DNA of 20,244 nucleotides from Candidatus Heimdallarchaeota archaeon (GTDB lineage Archaea; Asgardarchaeota; Heimdallarchaeia; Heimdallarchaeales; Kariarchaeaceae): NCBI GenBank assembly GCA_015523565.1, contig WAKA01000120.1, positions 1 to 20,244 of the forward strand, read 5' to 3'. Shown piece by piece: positions 8,030 to 16,127 of this stretch (position 1 is its first letter; each line of letters starts with the position of its first letter). The notes under the pieces were generated by a model. It saw only the letters and a program-made list of their open reading frames with translations, ran no database searches and was not told where the DNA came from. The position numbers and the translations under genes were made by a program.

Positions 8030-9626
8030 TGGCTGCACGGATGAATCCTAAATAAGGGGGAGATGGTTTCCAAGGAGTTGATTTGAATTCAGGATGAAAT
8101 TGGGTTCCAACAAAGAAGGGATGTCCACGTAGCTCAAGGGTTTCAGCCAATTTATTCCAAAATCCAGTGAATACCAAGTCTCCTTTTATTTTTGAGATCA
8201 ATTCAGGATTGATTTCATACCTATGCCTATGGCGTTCTGTGATTTTTGTAGTACCATAAAGTTTTGCCAGCATAGAATCCTTGTTCAGGGTAATTTCAAA
8301 ATTGCCGAGACGCATAGTACCTCCAAGTTGTGCAATGTTCTTTTGTTCTGGTAAGAGATCAACAATTGGAAAAGGAGTTTGTTTATCCATTTCTGTGGAA
8401 TGAGCCTTAGGGAATCCCAAAACATTACGGCAGTATTCGACCACAGCCAACTGAAAACCGAGGCAGATTCCCAAAAATGGCTTTCCTGTTTCTCTGGCAA
8501 ATTTGATTGCCTTGATTTTCCCTTCAGTTCCCCTATCGCCAAAACCACCAGGAATCAAGATCCCATCCATTTTTTCCAAGATTTTGAGAGACCCTTCATT
8601 GTTTTCAAATTCTTCTGTTGAGATGAGTCGAAGTTCCACATCGTATCCTTCTGTCCATGCGGCATGCTTTAATGCTTCTGTCACGGAAATATATGAGTCC
8701 TGCAGTTCGGTGTATTTTCCAGGAACACCAATTGTTATTTTTCCCTTAAGATTTTGAAGCCGGATTTGCAATTCTTCGAATTTTGAGAAGTCAGGGGTTT
8801 GTTCCCTAGCTTCCAATTGAAGGTTTTGTCGAAGTTGAGTACCCAACCCCTGCTTTTCGAGGTATAATGGTGCCTCATAAACATTTTTCAAATCAGGAAG
8901 TTGCATGACAGCCTCTTCAGGGACATTTCCAAAATTGGATATTTTTTCCAATGGTTTTTTCCCAATAGGGACATCACTTCTGCAAATGATAATGTCTGGA
9001 GATATACCTGCCGCCCTTAATTCCCTGACAGAATGCTGTGCAGGTTTTGTCTTATGCTCCCGAAGGTGTTTGGGGAAAGGAACAAAAGTCAACAGTACGG
9101 TTGACACTACAAATTTTTTCTGGTTTCGTCTCATTTGCCGGACAGCCTCCAAAAACGGTTCGCTTTCAATATCTCCAATCGTGCCCCCAACTTCAACAAT
9201 CATTATGTCAGGCTTGTATTTAACTCGTTGTTCTTCAAGTCTACGGATTATTTCATTAATAATGTGCGGAACAATTTGAACTGTCTGTCCAAGATATTCT
9301 CCTTTCCTTTCCTTTTGGATGACATTATAATAAATTTGACCTGTTGTGATATTTTGCTCCTTTGAAACTTCCATGCCAAGGAATCGTTCATAGTGACCGA
9401 AATCGACATCAAGTTCTCCACCGTCAGCAGTCACAAATGTTTCACCATGTTCCATGGGGTTCATTGTCCCCGCGTCCAAATTGAGATAAGGATCAATTTT
9501 TACAATATGAACACTGCGGCATCGAGCTTGTAAGCTGGATCCAATTGAACAAGTTACTATCCCTTTACCCAATCCAGATAAGACAGATCCCAGTATGAAC
9601 ACATAGCGGGAGGGGGGTTCCGGCAT
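8007..9626 (-). CDS. pyrG: CTP synthase
   Basis: GSVLSGLGKG, KIDPYLNLDAGTM, GHYERF, VEVGGTIGDIES, KTKPAQHSV; glutaminase domain PGGFGDRG, GICLG (catalytic Cys), HRHRYE, FHPEF. Confidence 0.98.
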   Translation of the reverse strand: MPEPPSRYVFILGSVLSGLGKGIVTCSIGSSLQARCRSVHIVKIDPYLNLDAGTMNPMEHGETFVTADGGELDVDFGHYERFLGMEVSKEQNITTGQIYYNVIQKERKGEYLGQTVQIVPHIINEIIRRLEEQRVKYKPDIMIVEVGGTIGDIESEPFLEAVRQMRRNQKKFVVSTVLLTFVPFPKHLREHKTKPAQHSVRELRAAGISPDIIICRSDVPIGKKPLEKISNFGNVPEEAVMQLPDLKNVYEAPLYLEKQGLGTQLRQNLQLEAREQTPDFSKFEELQIRLQNLKGKITIGVPGKYTELQDSYISVTEALKHAAWTEGYDVELRLISTEEFENNEGSLKILEKMDGILIPGGFGDRGTEGKIKAIKFARETGKPFLGICLGFQLAVVEYCRNVLGFPKAHSTEMDKQTPFPIVDLLPEQKNIAQLGGTMRLGNFEITLNKDSMLAKLYGTTKITERHRHRYEINPELISKIKGDLVFTGFWNKLAETLELRGHPFFVGTQFHPEFKSTPWKPSPPYLGFIRAAINRNNAH

Positions 9627-9678
9627 ATTTTGAATTAAATGAACAAGAATATAAGAGTGATGATTGAATTCTTCAATT

Positions 9679-10002
9679 TTATAATTTAGTTCTGTCCAAC
9701 TGTGTTTTTAAGAGGGTTGAGTACTCCATGACTGCGTTTCTTCCATGGAGGGTCAAGCTTACAACAGTGGTTGGTTTAAGATCCACAAATGTTTTAGTTA
9801 TCTCAACATATTTTGACTTTTCCAACTTTTTCAAGTGACTTGAAAGATTTCCAGAAGTTAGATCCAAGGCGGTCTTGATTTCAGGGAAAGTGGCATTTGG
9901 TCGGGGAAACAAGAACAGCATAATTGCCAGACGTACAGGTTCATGGATAATATCGTTTATTTTAATTAGTTTTTTCAAGTCATCCTCATCTGTCAATGGC
10001 AA
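9679..10002 (-). CDS. Winged-helix transcriptional regulator (HTH_34 / ArsR-MarR-like)
   Basis: IIHEPVRLAIM, F..IK..LDLTSGNLSSHLKKLE...YVEITK, LT..GR signature. TTG start preceded by GAGGG. Confidence 0.88.
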   Translation of the reverse strand: MPLTDEDDLKKLIKINDIIHEPVRLAIMLFLFPRPNATFPEIKTALDLTSGNLSSHLKKLEKSKYVEITKTFVDLKPTTVVSLTLHGRNAVMEYSTLLKTQLDRTKL

Positions 10003-10019
10003 ATACCCTCAATCGAGCC

Positions 10020-11597
10020 TCAATTGTCATCGACATTGTGGAGAGAGCTGATTTTCTTTAGGCGTGACCGCAAATCACCAATGAGATCAACTTTTTCCTC
10101 TTTTTCTTCTTCCTCTGTTGCTTTAGAACCTGAAACCATACCCAACCCTTGTCTGATTGTTTTTACAATTCTTTGTGCATTTTCAAGCATAGGAGTGGAG
10201 ACATCAACAGCCAAGATTGCAATAGCATATTCATCTTGCAACTTCGCAAAGTAAATATCAAAGTCATCAAAGGTGAGATGACCTAAACCACGATATTCAA
10301 TGTCACCAATTTCCTTAAAGAATTGCTTTGGAGAAAGAGATTGTACCACATTCTTTACGATTTCTATTTTTTCCTTTTCAATTTCGGATTTGGCAACTGC
10401 AAGGGGAACTTTTCCATCAAGCCCCAAGATTGCCAAGGCAACAATTTCAGGGGTTTCATTCATACGTTTTGTGATAACAGCAGAAAGCTGATCTACAATG
10501 TGGGTTGAAAGGTCTGAAAGATCCGGGACTTCCTCATATGTTTTCCCTTCCTCATAAACAGGAGAGGGAATTGAAGACACGATGTCTTCACTTTCTGTTT
10601 CAGATTTAACTTCAGTGGGGGAGGAAGATTTTTCTTCCATAGCAGACGGGCTGGTCGGAGGAGGACTTGAGGGAACAGGTGTAGGAGCTTTAGGGACGGG
10701 GGTAGGTTCAGGAATTGCCTTTGACTTTAAGGATGATGGGGAAGATGGAGGGGGAGGAACTGACGGTTTTTCTTCCTTTTCGATGTCAGAAAGTAGAGAA
10801 TCAAGTTTGTCCGAAAGTTTTTCTGAAAGAAATTCATCTGTTGCCACCGATTTTGTTGGTTTAGGGACTACAGAGGGAGGTGCTGAAGAGGATGGGGCAG
10901 TTGACGGGGTCGTGGAAGTTGCAGATGAGGTAGGAGTTGAGGCTGTAGGAGTTGGAGTTGAAATTTTGGGAGCGGTTTCACCAATGCGAGGAATTGTCTC
11001 TGCTTTCTTTGGAGCTTGTGAAGTTGGAGTGGTAAGATCAGGGGTGTAATTATCCAAATTTTCCCAAAGTATCCGTTTGACTGCTTTTTGAATAGTATCT
11101 GAATAAATAGAGGTTGCAAATCCTGTAAATTTCATTCCAGTTATTTTGTCCGCTTGCCTAAAAAGTTTTGTTGCCTTAAAGAAATGGGAACGTAATTTTG
11201 CGGCTTTGTCTGGGTCGAACTTGTGGAAAAGAACATATACCTTCGGTCTTGGCTCTACATTGATGAGAATATTCATGATATCAAGATAATACTGATATGC
11301 CTCTTGAAATCGATCGACATCCTGAATGTCAACAACAAAAATCAGTGCCTTTGTGGAATTGAAGATTTCTGGTTTTGACAAGTAGGTCTCCCGATAGGAT
11401 TGCTGACCACCCAGATCCCAAACACTAAAGTCGAGGTCCATAAAGTCAGAAATGTTTCGTTCAATACCACGGGTTGGTTTGGTGCTTGCAAGCTCTTGGA
11501 CTGGGATTTCCTTCATTGTTGCTTTGTAAATGGTTGTTTTGCCTGCGGAATCTAGCCCTGCAAAAATTAATTTTGTCAACTGACTTGAGGTATTCAC
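10020..11597 (-). CDS. Arf/Rag-like small GTPase fused through a long Pro/Ser/Thr-rich linker to a roadblock/profilin-like domain
   Basis: G1 GLDSAGKTT, G2 PTRG, G3 WDLGGQ, G4 HKFD, G5 TSIY in aa 8-180. Low-complexity P/S/T/E region at aa ~186-360. aa ~366-485 has an alpha-beta-beta-alpha-beta-beta-beta-alpha pattern (EIVALAILGLDGKVPLA; FDIYFAKL; YAIAILA). GTG start. Confidence 0.85.
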   Translation of the reverse strand: MNTSSQLTKLIFAGLDSAGKTTIYKATMKEIPVQELASTKPTRGIERNISDFMDLDFSVWDLGGQQSYRETYLSKPEIFNSTKALIFVVDIQDVDRFQEAYQYYLDIMNILINVEPRPKVYVLFHKFDPDKAAKLRSHFFKATKLFRQADKITGMKFTGFATSIYSDTIQKAVKRILWENLDNYTPDLTTPTSQAPKKAETIPRIGETAPKISTPTPTASTPTSSATSTTPSTAPSSSAPPSVVPKPTKSVATDEFLSEKLSDKLDSLLSDIEKEEKPSVPPPPSSPSSLKSKAIPEPTPVPKAPTPVPSSPPPTSPSAMEEKSSSPTEVKSETESEDIVSSIPSPVYEEGKTYEEVPDLSDLSTHIVDQLSAVITKRMNETPEIVALAILGLDGKVPLAVAKSEIEKEKIEIVKNVVQSLSPKQFFKEIGDIEYRGLGHLTFDDFDIYFAKLQDEYAIAILAVDVSTPMLENAQRIVKTIRQGLGMVSGSKATEEEEKEEKVDLIGDLRSRLKKISSLHNVDDN

Positions 11598-11653
11598 TAA
11601 ATAGACATTTTAACTATATCTTATTTGAACAATATGGTTCAACTTTGGATTGC

Positions 11654-12913
11654 TCACTTTGTTGAAAAATGTTTTTTGGAATAAACTAAAATTCCAAGCA
11701 CAAGGAAGAAGATTGAGTCAATTATCAAGAGGAGAAAAGAAAACCATGTCTCGGAAAGGGTTCGATTTGCCAATAAAATTAATCTCAGACCACTAATGGC
11801 GGGGGTGGCAGGCAGGAAATCAAGAACCCTTATTGGATCGGTTCCAGTAATTGAACTGGAAACAAGAACAGGATTAGGGACATCAAAAAACGCACCTGCC
11901 AAAAAGGCCATTGGAGTGCCAATTATAGCGGCCAACGCCCCAACAGTGTCTGCATCCTTGACCAATCCTGCAACAAAAACACCAATGCCAGAAATACCAA
12001 GGGCTAAAACAACAGAAAACAAGAATGCGTAGATGAGGTGCAATGTCAGAGGGAAACCAAATATTGCCGCAGCACCGAACATAATGGGCACTTGCAAAAG
12101 GGAAAGGGTCACTTGACTGAAAATAAGTGCCAAAAGGTATTCAAAAGGTTTGACCTTGGTGAGGCGAAGTCTGGATAAAAGCCCTGATTGAACATCAGAA
12201 AGTGCGATTGTTGCCACCGTACCAAGATTATTAAGAATTGCATAGATAAAAAGACCAGGAACAATGTAATCGAAAGTAGTTAAACCCCTTGATGAGATGT
12301 CCCCATCAATATTTACAGAAATCGGATCTTCACGTCCAAAGTTCATGAATTGGTTCAAAACCTCTTTGACAACCTGTCCAGCAATAGAAAAGTCAATAAG
12401 CGTCTGATCCCCCTTTACAACGACAGAAGTGGTAAAATTAGATGGAGGATATCCAGAATAATTCCCAAAGGGATTTAGATTTTCCAAAAATCTACGATAG
12501 GCGGCAAGCATCCCTTCGGAAAAGTTTTCAGGAATCAAGACAAGAGCGTATATTTTTTGCTTTTCAAGCTCTATTTGAGCATCATCCTGATTCGAAAAGA
12601 GAGTGACGTCAAATATTTTTGTTTCATTGTCTTCAAATGTAATTTCCTTCAAAATTTTGATGTATTGTTCAGAAAAGTATGTTCCAGAAATCACACTGCC
12701 GTTTCCCAAAGTTATGGATAAATTGTCAGGAACACCCATATCTTTATTGATAATTCCTATTGGAATTGTTCGATTCCCTGGAGATGATTCTTGAAACGCA
12801 ATCCCAAAGACACCAATAAAAATCAATGGGAAAATAATGGAAAAGAAGAAAGCTTGACGGTTTCGCAATGTGACAAGTAGATTTGATTTGTATAATGCCA
12901 AAATTTTTTTCAT
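11654..12913 (-). CDS. ABC-2 type exporter permease
   Basis: One N-terminal TM (FFFSIIFPLIFIGVFG), large extracytoplasmic loop with IP.NFS, then DYIVPG, SGLLSRLRLT and about five further TM helices. Overlaps the ATPase gene by 4 nt. Confidence 0.92.
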   Translation of the reverse strand: MKKILALYKSNLLVTLRNRQAFFFSIIFPLIFIGVFGIAFQESSPGNRTIPIGIINKDMGVPDNLSITLGNGSVISGTYFSEQYIKILKEITFEDNETKIFDVTLFSNQDDAQIELEKQKIYALVLIPENFSEGMLAAYRRFLENLNPFGNYSGYPPSNFTTSVVVKGDQTLIDFSIAGQVVKEVLNQFMNFGREDPISVNIDGDISSRGLTTFDYIVPGLFIYAILNNLGTVATIALSDVQSGLLSRLRLTKVKPFEYLLALIFSQVTLSLLQVPIMFGAAAIFGFPLTLHLIYAFLFSVVLALGISGIGVFVAGLVKDADTVGALAAIIGTPMAFLAGAFFDVPNPVLVSSSITGTDPIRVLDFLPATPAISGLRLILLANRTLSETWFSFLLLIIDSIFFLVLGILVYSKKHFSTK

Positions 12914-13857
12914 TTTTGTACCTCCTTTAGTGATTTTCCAGTCAATGAGATAAAGACGTCTTCAAGGGTATTTGAACGAATACTGATTGATTTGACTTGA
13001 TCACGACCGATCGTTGTGTTCATGATGTCAATTAATTGGGGAAGCGCATCCAATGCATTTTCCACTTTAATTGAAATACGGTCAGGGAGATCAAAATACT
13101 CAACATTTGGAAGATCATCTAGTTTTTTGAACAATGAAACCTTATTGACACCATTTTGAAAGTATACATCGATAATTTCGTCAGTGCTATACTTTCGTTT
13201 CAGCCCCTCTGGGGTGTCAATGGTCAATAGTTTGCCTTCATCTACAATCGCGATCCTGTCAGACAAACGATCAGCAGTTTCCATTAAATGAGTCGTGAGG
13301 ATGATAGTCATATCTCCCTTGAATTTTTCAATGGTTCTCCATAAAACGTTTCGACTTTGTGGATCCATCCCTGCCGAGGGTTCATCCAAAATCAAAAGTT
13401 CAGGAGAGTTAAGAAGCCCTATTGCAACGTTCAACCGTCGTTTTTGTCCACCGCTTAGGTTATGAGATCGTCTAGATTTTAGATCCATCAGTTCGAAAAG
13501 TTCAAGGAGTTCATTGATTTTGCTTTTTGCATCTGGGATTTCATAGCATTTTGCAAAAAGGGTCAAGTTCTCTAGGACGGTTAGATGGTCATAAAAAACC
13601 AGTTGTTGGGGAACATAACCGATTTTGCCCCTTAATTTCTCTTGTTCTTTTGGGATTTCGTAGCCAAGAACCTCTAATTCACCATCAGTGGGATTTAAGA
13701 GTCCTACAAACATATTAATTGAAGTGCTTTTGCCTGCACCGTTGGGTCCAAGAAATCCCAGAATTTCACCTTCCCTAACGGAAATGCTGAGATCCTTGAC
13801 GGCTTCAACACCATTGGGATAAATTTTTTTCAGATGTTTTGATTTCAAAACATTCAT
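12910..13857 (-). CDS. ABC transporter ATP-binding protein (DrrA-like exporter ATPase)
   Basis: Walker A GPNGAGKS, Q-loop YVPQ, signature LSGGQ, Walker B LLILDEP, H-loop TTH, C-terminal TLEDVFISLTG. Confidence 0.96.
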   Translation of the reverse strand: MNVLKSKHLKKIYPNGVEAVKDLSISVREGEILGFLGPNGAGKSTSINMFVGLLNPTDGELEVLGYEIPKEQEKLRGKIGYVPQQLVFYDHLTVLENLTLFAKCYEIPDAKSKINELLELFELMDLKSRRSHNLSGGQKRRLNVAIGLLNSPELLILDEPSAGMDPQSRNVLWRTIEKFKGDMTIILTTHLMETADRLSDRIAIVDEGKLLTIDTPEGLKRKYSTDEIIDVYFQNGVNKVSLFKKLDDLPNVEYFDLPDRISIKVENALDALPQLIDIMNTTIGRDQVKSISIRSNTLEDVFISLTGKSLKEVQK

Positions 13858-13894
13858 TGTTTATTTGTTGGAAATGGATGGTTAAAAATACAGG

Positions 13895-13910
13895 ACTTGA
13901 ACTATCAAGT
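13895..13910. promoter_or_regulatory. Palindromic candidate operator ACTTGA-N4-TCAAGT in the divergent ABC/membrane-protein spacer
   Basis: Perfect 6-4-6 inverted repeat read from the sequence. It lies just upstream of a minus-strand TATA-like TTTTTAAC (13888-13881) positioned 24-31 nt before the ABC ATPase ATG. Confidence 0.5.
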
Positions 13911-13988
13911 AAACTGATTTTCCACAAAAACAAGTTTGTCCCGCAAACCACCAAAGAACTCTATTATTTTAAAATCAATAGGAACAAT

Positions 13989-14591
13989 GTGAGTGAAGAG
14001 ATAAAGCAGGTAGTGGATTATATAGAAAGGATACAAAAATATGAAACAAGAACATTCAGGAATTTTGGAGCCCTTTCAGGGATTGTGTGGGGATTTCTCC
14101 TTTTTTTTGCAGGGGTGATGGACTATTACGCATACAAGATCAACGACATATTTTTTTATTTCATACCTTGGTTGATTGCTTCTATTGAGGGAAGCTTGTT
14201 CATGTTTTTTGTTGTAAAAGGGGTTCAGAAAACCTTTGGCACACCAGAGACAAGATATAGAAGGAACGTAAAAATCTCCACATTTATCGTGTCGTTGATC
14301 TGGATTGGAGTATTGATATTGACAATCGTTCAGATGTTTTTTTTGATTATCCCATATGTGACCATCATGGTAGGGCTAATAACCTTGTCAAATGCCAGAT
14401 TGCCAACCCATGATAAACAGAGGCAATCACTAATGACAGGAATGTTCCTTATTGTTGTTGGGTTGTTACAATTCATCCTCTTTGTTTTTACAGGTACAAA
14501 ATACATGCAATTTTTCGGGTTGATTTCAGGTGTATCAATGGGAGTTTCATATACAGCATTAGGACTTTTCATCATTTTAAGTCAGGATTGA
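13989..14591 (+). CDS. Multi-pass (about 6 TM) membrane protein of unknown function; start revised from 13839 to GTG 13989
   Basis: Hydrophobic helices from GALSGIVWGFLLFFAG onward. The 13839 extension overlaps the divergent ABC gene and its promoter. An in-frame GTG at 13989 (VSEEIKQ) follows an AT-rich TATA-like tract. Confidence 0.75.
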   Translation: MSEEIKQVVDYIERIQKYETRTFRNFGALSGIVWGFLLFFAGVMDYYAYKINDIFFYFIPWLIASIEGSLFMFFVVKGVQKTFGTPETRYRRNVKISTFIVSLIWIGVLILTIVQMFFLIIPYVTIMVGLITLSNARLPTHDKQRQSLMTGMFLIVVGLLQFILFVFTGTKYMQFFGLISGVSMGVSYTALGLFIILSQD

Positions 14592-15270
14592 GTTTGGATT
14601 CAACAACTCCTTCTTCTTCCTCAAGAATCATATAACCAACAATTTTCATCCCCATGCCTTCAAACATTTTACGGGAGGGGTCGTTGTGTTCATAGACCTC
14701 ACATACAAGATATTCAACATTCTTGTCCTTGAAGTAATCAATTGAATGAGAAAGAAGCCTAAGACCTATTTTTTTTCCCCGGTATTTGGCTAGGACACCG
14801 ATACCTGCAATTGCACCTGCCCTTGCATTCGGGTCTGTAAAAGCCCTATCAATTGTCAAATAAATAAAACCTGCAAAGGTAGATCCCAAAAGAGCCAGAA
14901 ATGTACTTTCCTCATCAAAACTTTTGGCCTCCTCAATTGATAGTCGTCTAGAGGGGTCTGGAGCCGCCAAAAAAATTTCGTTGTAAAGTTCAGTGAATTC
15001 TTCCAAATCTGTTTCATGGTTCAAATTACGGATTTTGACCATGCTTCCTAGTTTATCTTCAGACAGTTTTTTTTGAAAAATTTTCTGGATTTCCAATGCC
15101 TTGGAAAAAGGCATTTCCATCCTATAAAATTTATGAAGGGATTCTTTGCCTCGTACATCCATTCCCCTTTTGACGTCTTCCCTGATAGATTCGAAGGCCT
15201 TGAACATTCTTGGTTTAAGACGAGTACGGCGTTCATCGTTGTTCTCAGGATTTAATGGGTCAAAGTCCAT
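14572..15270 (-). CDS. GNAT N-acetyltransferase with charged N-terminal extension
   Basis: Acetyl-CoA motif A IGVLAKYRGKKIGLRLL and motif B EVYEHNDPSRKMFEGMGM. The first ~75 aa lie outside the GNAT core. Confidence 0.88.
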   Translation of the reverse strand: MDFDPLNPENNDERRTRLKPRMFKAFESIREDVKRGMDVRGKESLHKFYRMEMPFSKALEIQKIFQKKLSEDKLGSMVKIRNLNHETDLEEFTELYNEIFLAAPDPSRRLSIEEAKSFDEESTFLALLGSTFAGFIYLTIDRAFTDPNARAGAIAGIGVLAKYRGKKIGLRLLSHSIDYFKDKNVEYLVCEVYEHNDPSRKMFEGMGMKIVGYMILEEEEGVVESKLNPDLK

Positions 15271-15410
15271 TTGAGAATATACTATTTTTTAGGTTCAAAA
15301 GGATATTCAATTTAAGATATATATATTGATAAACAGAATTAAGGAATTTACCCAATCACACACACCCTCTCAACAAATATTTTATATTTTGAAACATCAG
15401 GGAAATTGAA

Positions 15411-16127
15411 ATGGCGGATCAGATTGAGCAATTTTTAGAGGCAATCGGAGAAAAAGACAATAAATTCTACATTGAGAAGATTCAAAAGAACCCAGGAACG
15501 ATCATGGAAAATGAGAAATTAGTTTCTGTTGATCTTAGTGGATTGGAACTGATCACCTTATATCCAGAAATGCTTGCACCATTGAAAGGGGTTGAAACCT
15601 TGATCTTAGCGGACAATATGTTGGAATATTTACCAGAAGGCCTCTTTAGTGAATTGACAGGGTTGAAAAAATTAAACCTCCAAGGAAATCCCATATACAC
15701 CTACCATCCAAAAGCATTTGTGGGATTGGATGAACTTGAAAGCCTAGATTTGTCACGCACACAAATTTTTTATTTGAATCAAAAGATTTTTGATGACTTG
15801 CCCAATTTAAAAGAATTGGATCTTTCCAAAACAAAACTTCCAGCATCGATTAGGAAAAGGCATTCAGATACAGTTAAACTGAAAGAGACCATAGCTACAG
15901 AAAGATTTTACAAGAAAGCACCTTCAAGGATATATTTCTGGCACAATCTTACATTCAGCTATTTAGCAATACTTACATTTTTACTTATTCCAGTATTTGC
16001 ATTGAAAAATGGAAACTCATTGGATTTAACCACAGGCATTTTATTTATGCTTGGAATTTTATTCCTATTCCTTGATTTTGGGGTTATGAAAAGAGAAATT
16101 GTAAATGCATCAAAACGTTTCAGTTGA
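15411..16127 (+). CDS. Leucine-rich repeat protein with C-terminal two-TM anchor
   Basis: Five repeats with a 24-aa period starting at aa 37, 61, 85, 109 and 133 (LxxLxLxxNxLxxLPxxxFxxL). Hydrophobic segments at aa ~179-198 and ~206-226. Confidence 0.9.
   Translation: MADQIEQFLEAIGEKDNKFYIEKIQKNPGTIMENEKLVSVDLSGLELITLYPEMLAPLKGVETLILADNMLEYLPEGLFSELTGLKKLNLQGNPIYTYHPKAFVGLDELESLDLSRTQIFYLNQKIFDDLPNLKELDLSKTKLPASIRKRHSDTVKLKETIATERFYKKAPSRIYFWHNLTFSYLAILTFLLIPVFALKNGNSLDLTTGILFMLGILFLFLDFGVMKREIVNASKRFS

Noticed and set aside
10582-11049. 155-aa plus-strand Gly/Val-rich ORF
   Set aside because: Antisense shadow of the Pro/Thr/Ser-rich linker codons of the GTPase gene; no independent motif.
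13839-13988. N-terminal 50 codons of the 250-aa ORF
   Set aside because: Overlaps the divergent ABC gene start, its TATA box and the palindromes; GTG 13989 is the more plausible start.
15317-15366. Short (AT)n and (CA)n dinucleotide runs in the GNAT/LRR spacer
   Set aside because: Too short to call as microsatellites or phase-variation tracts.
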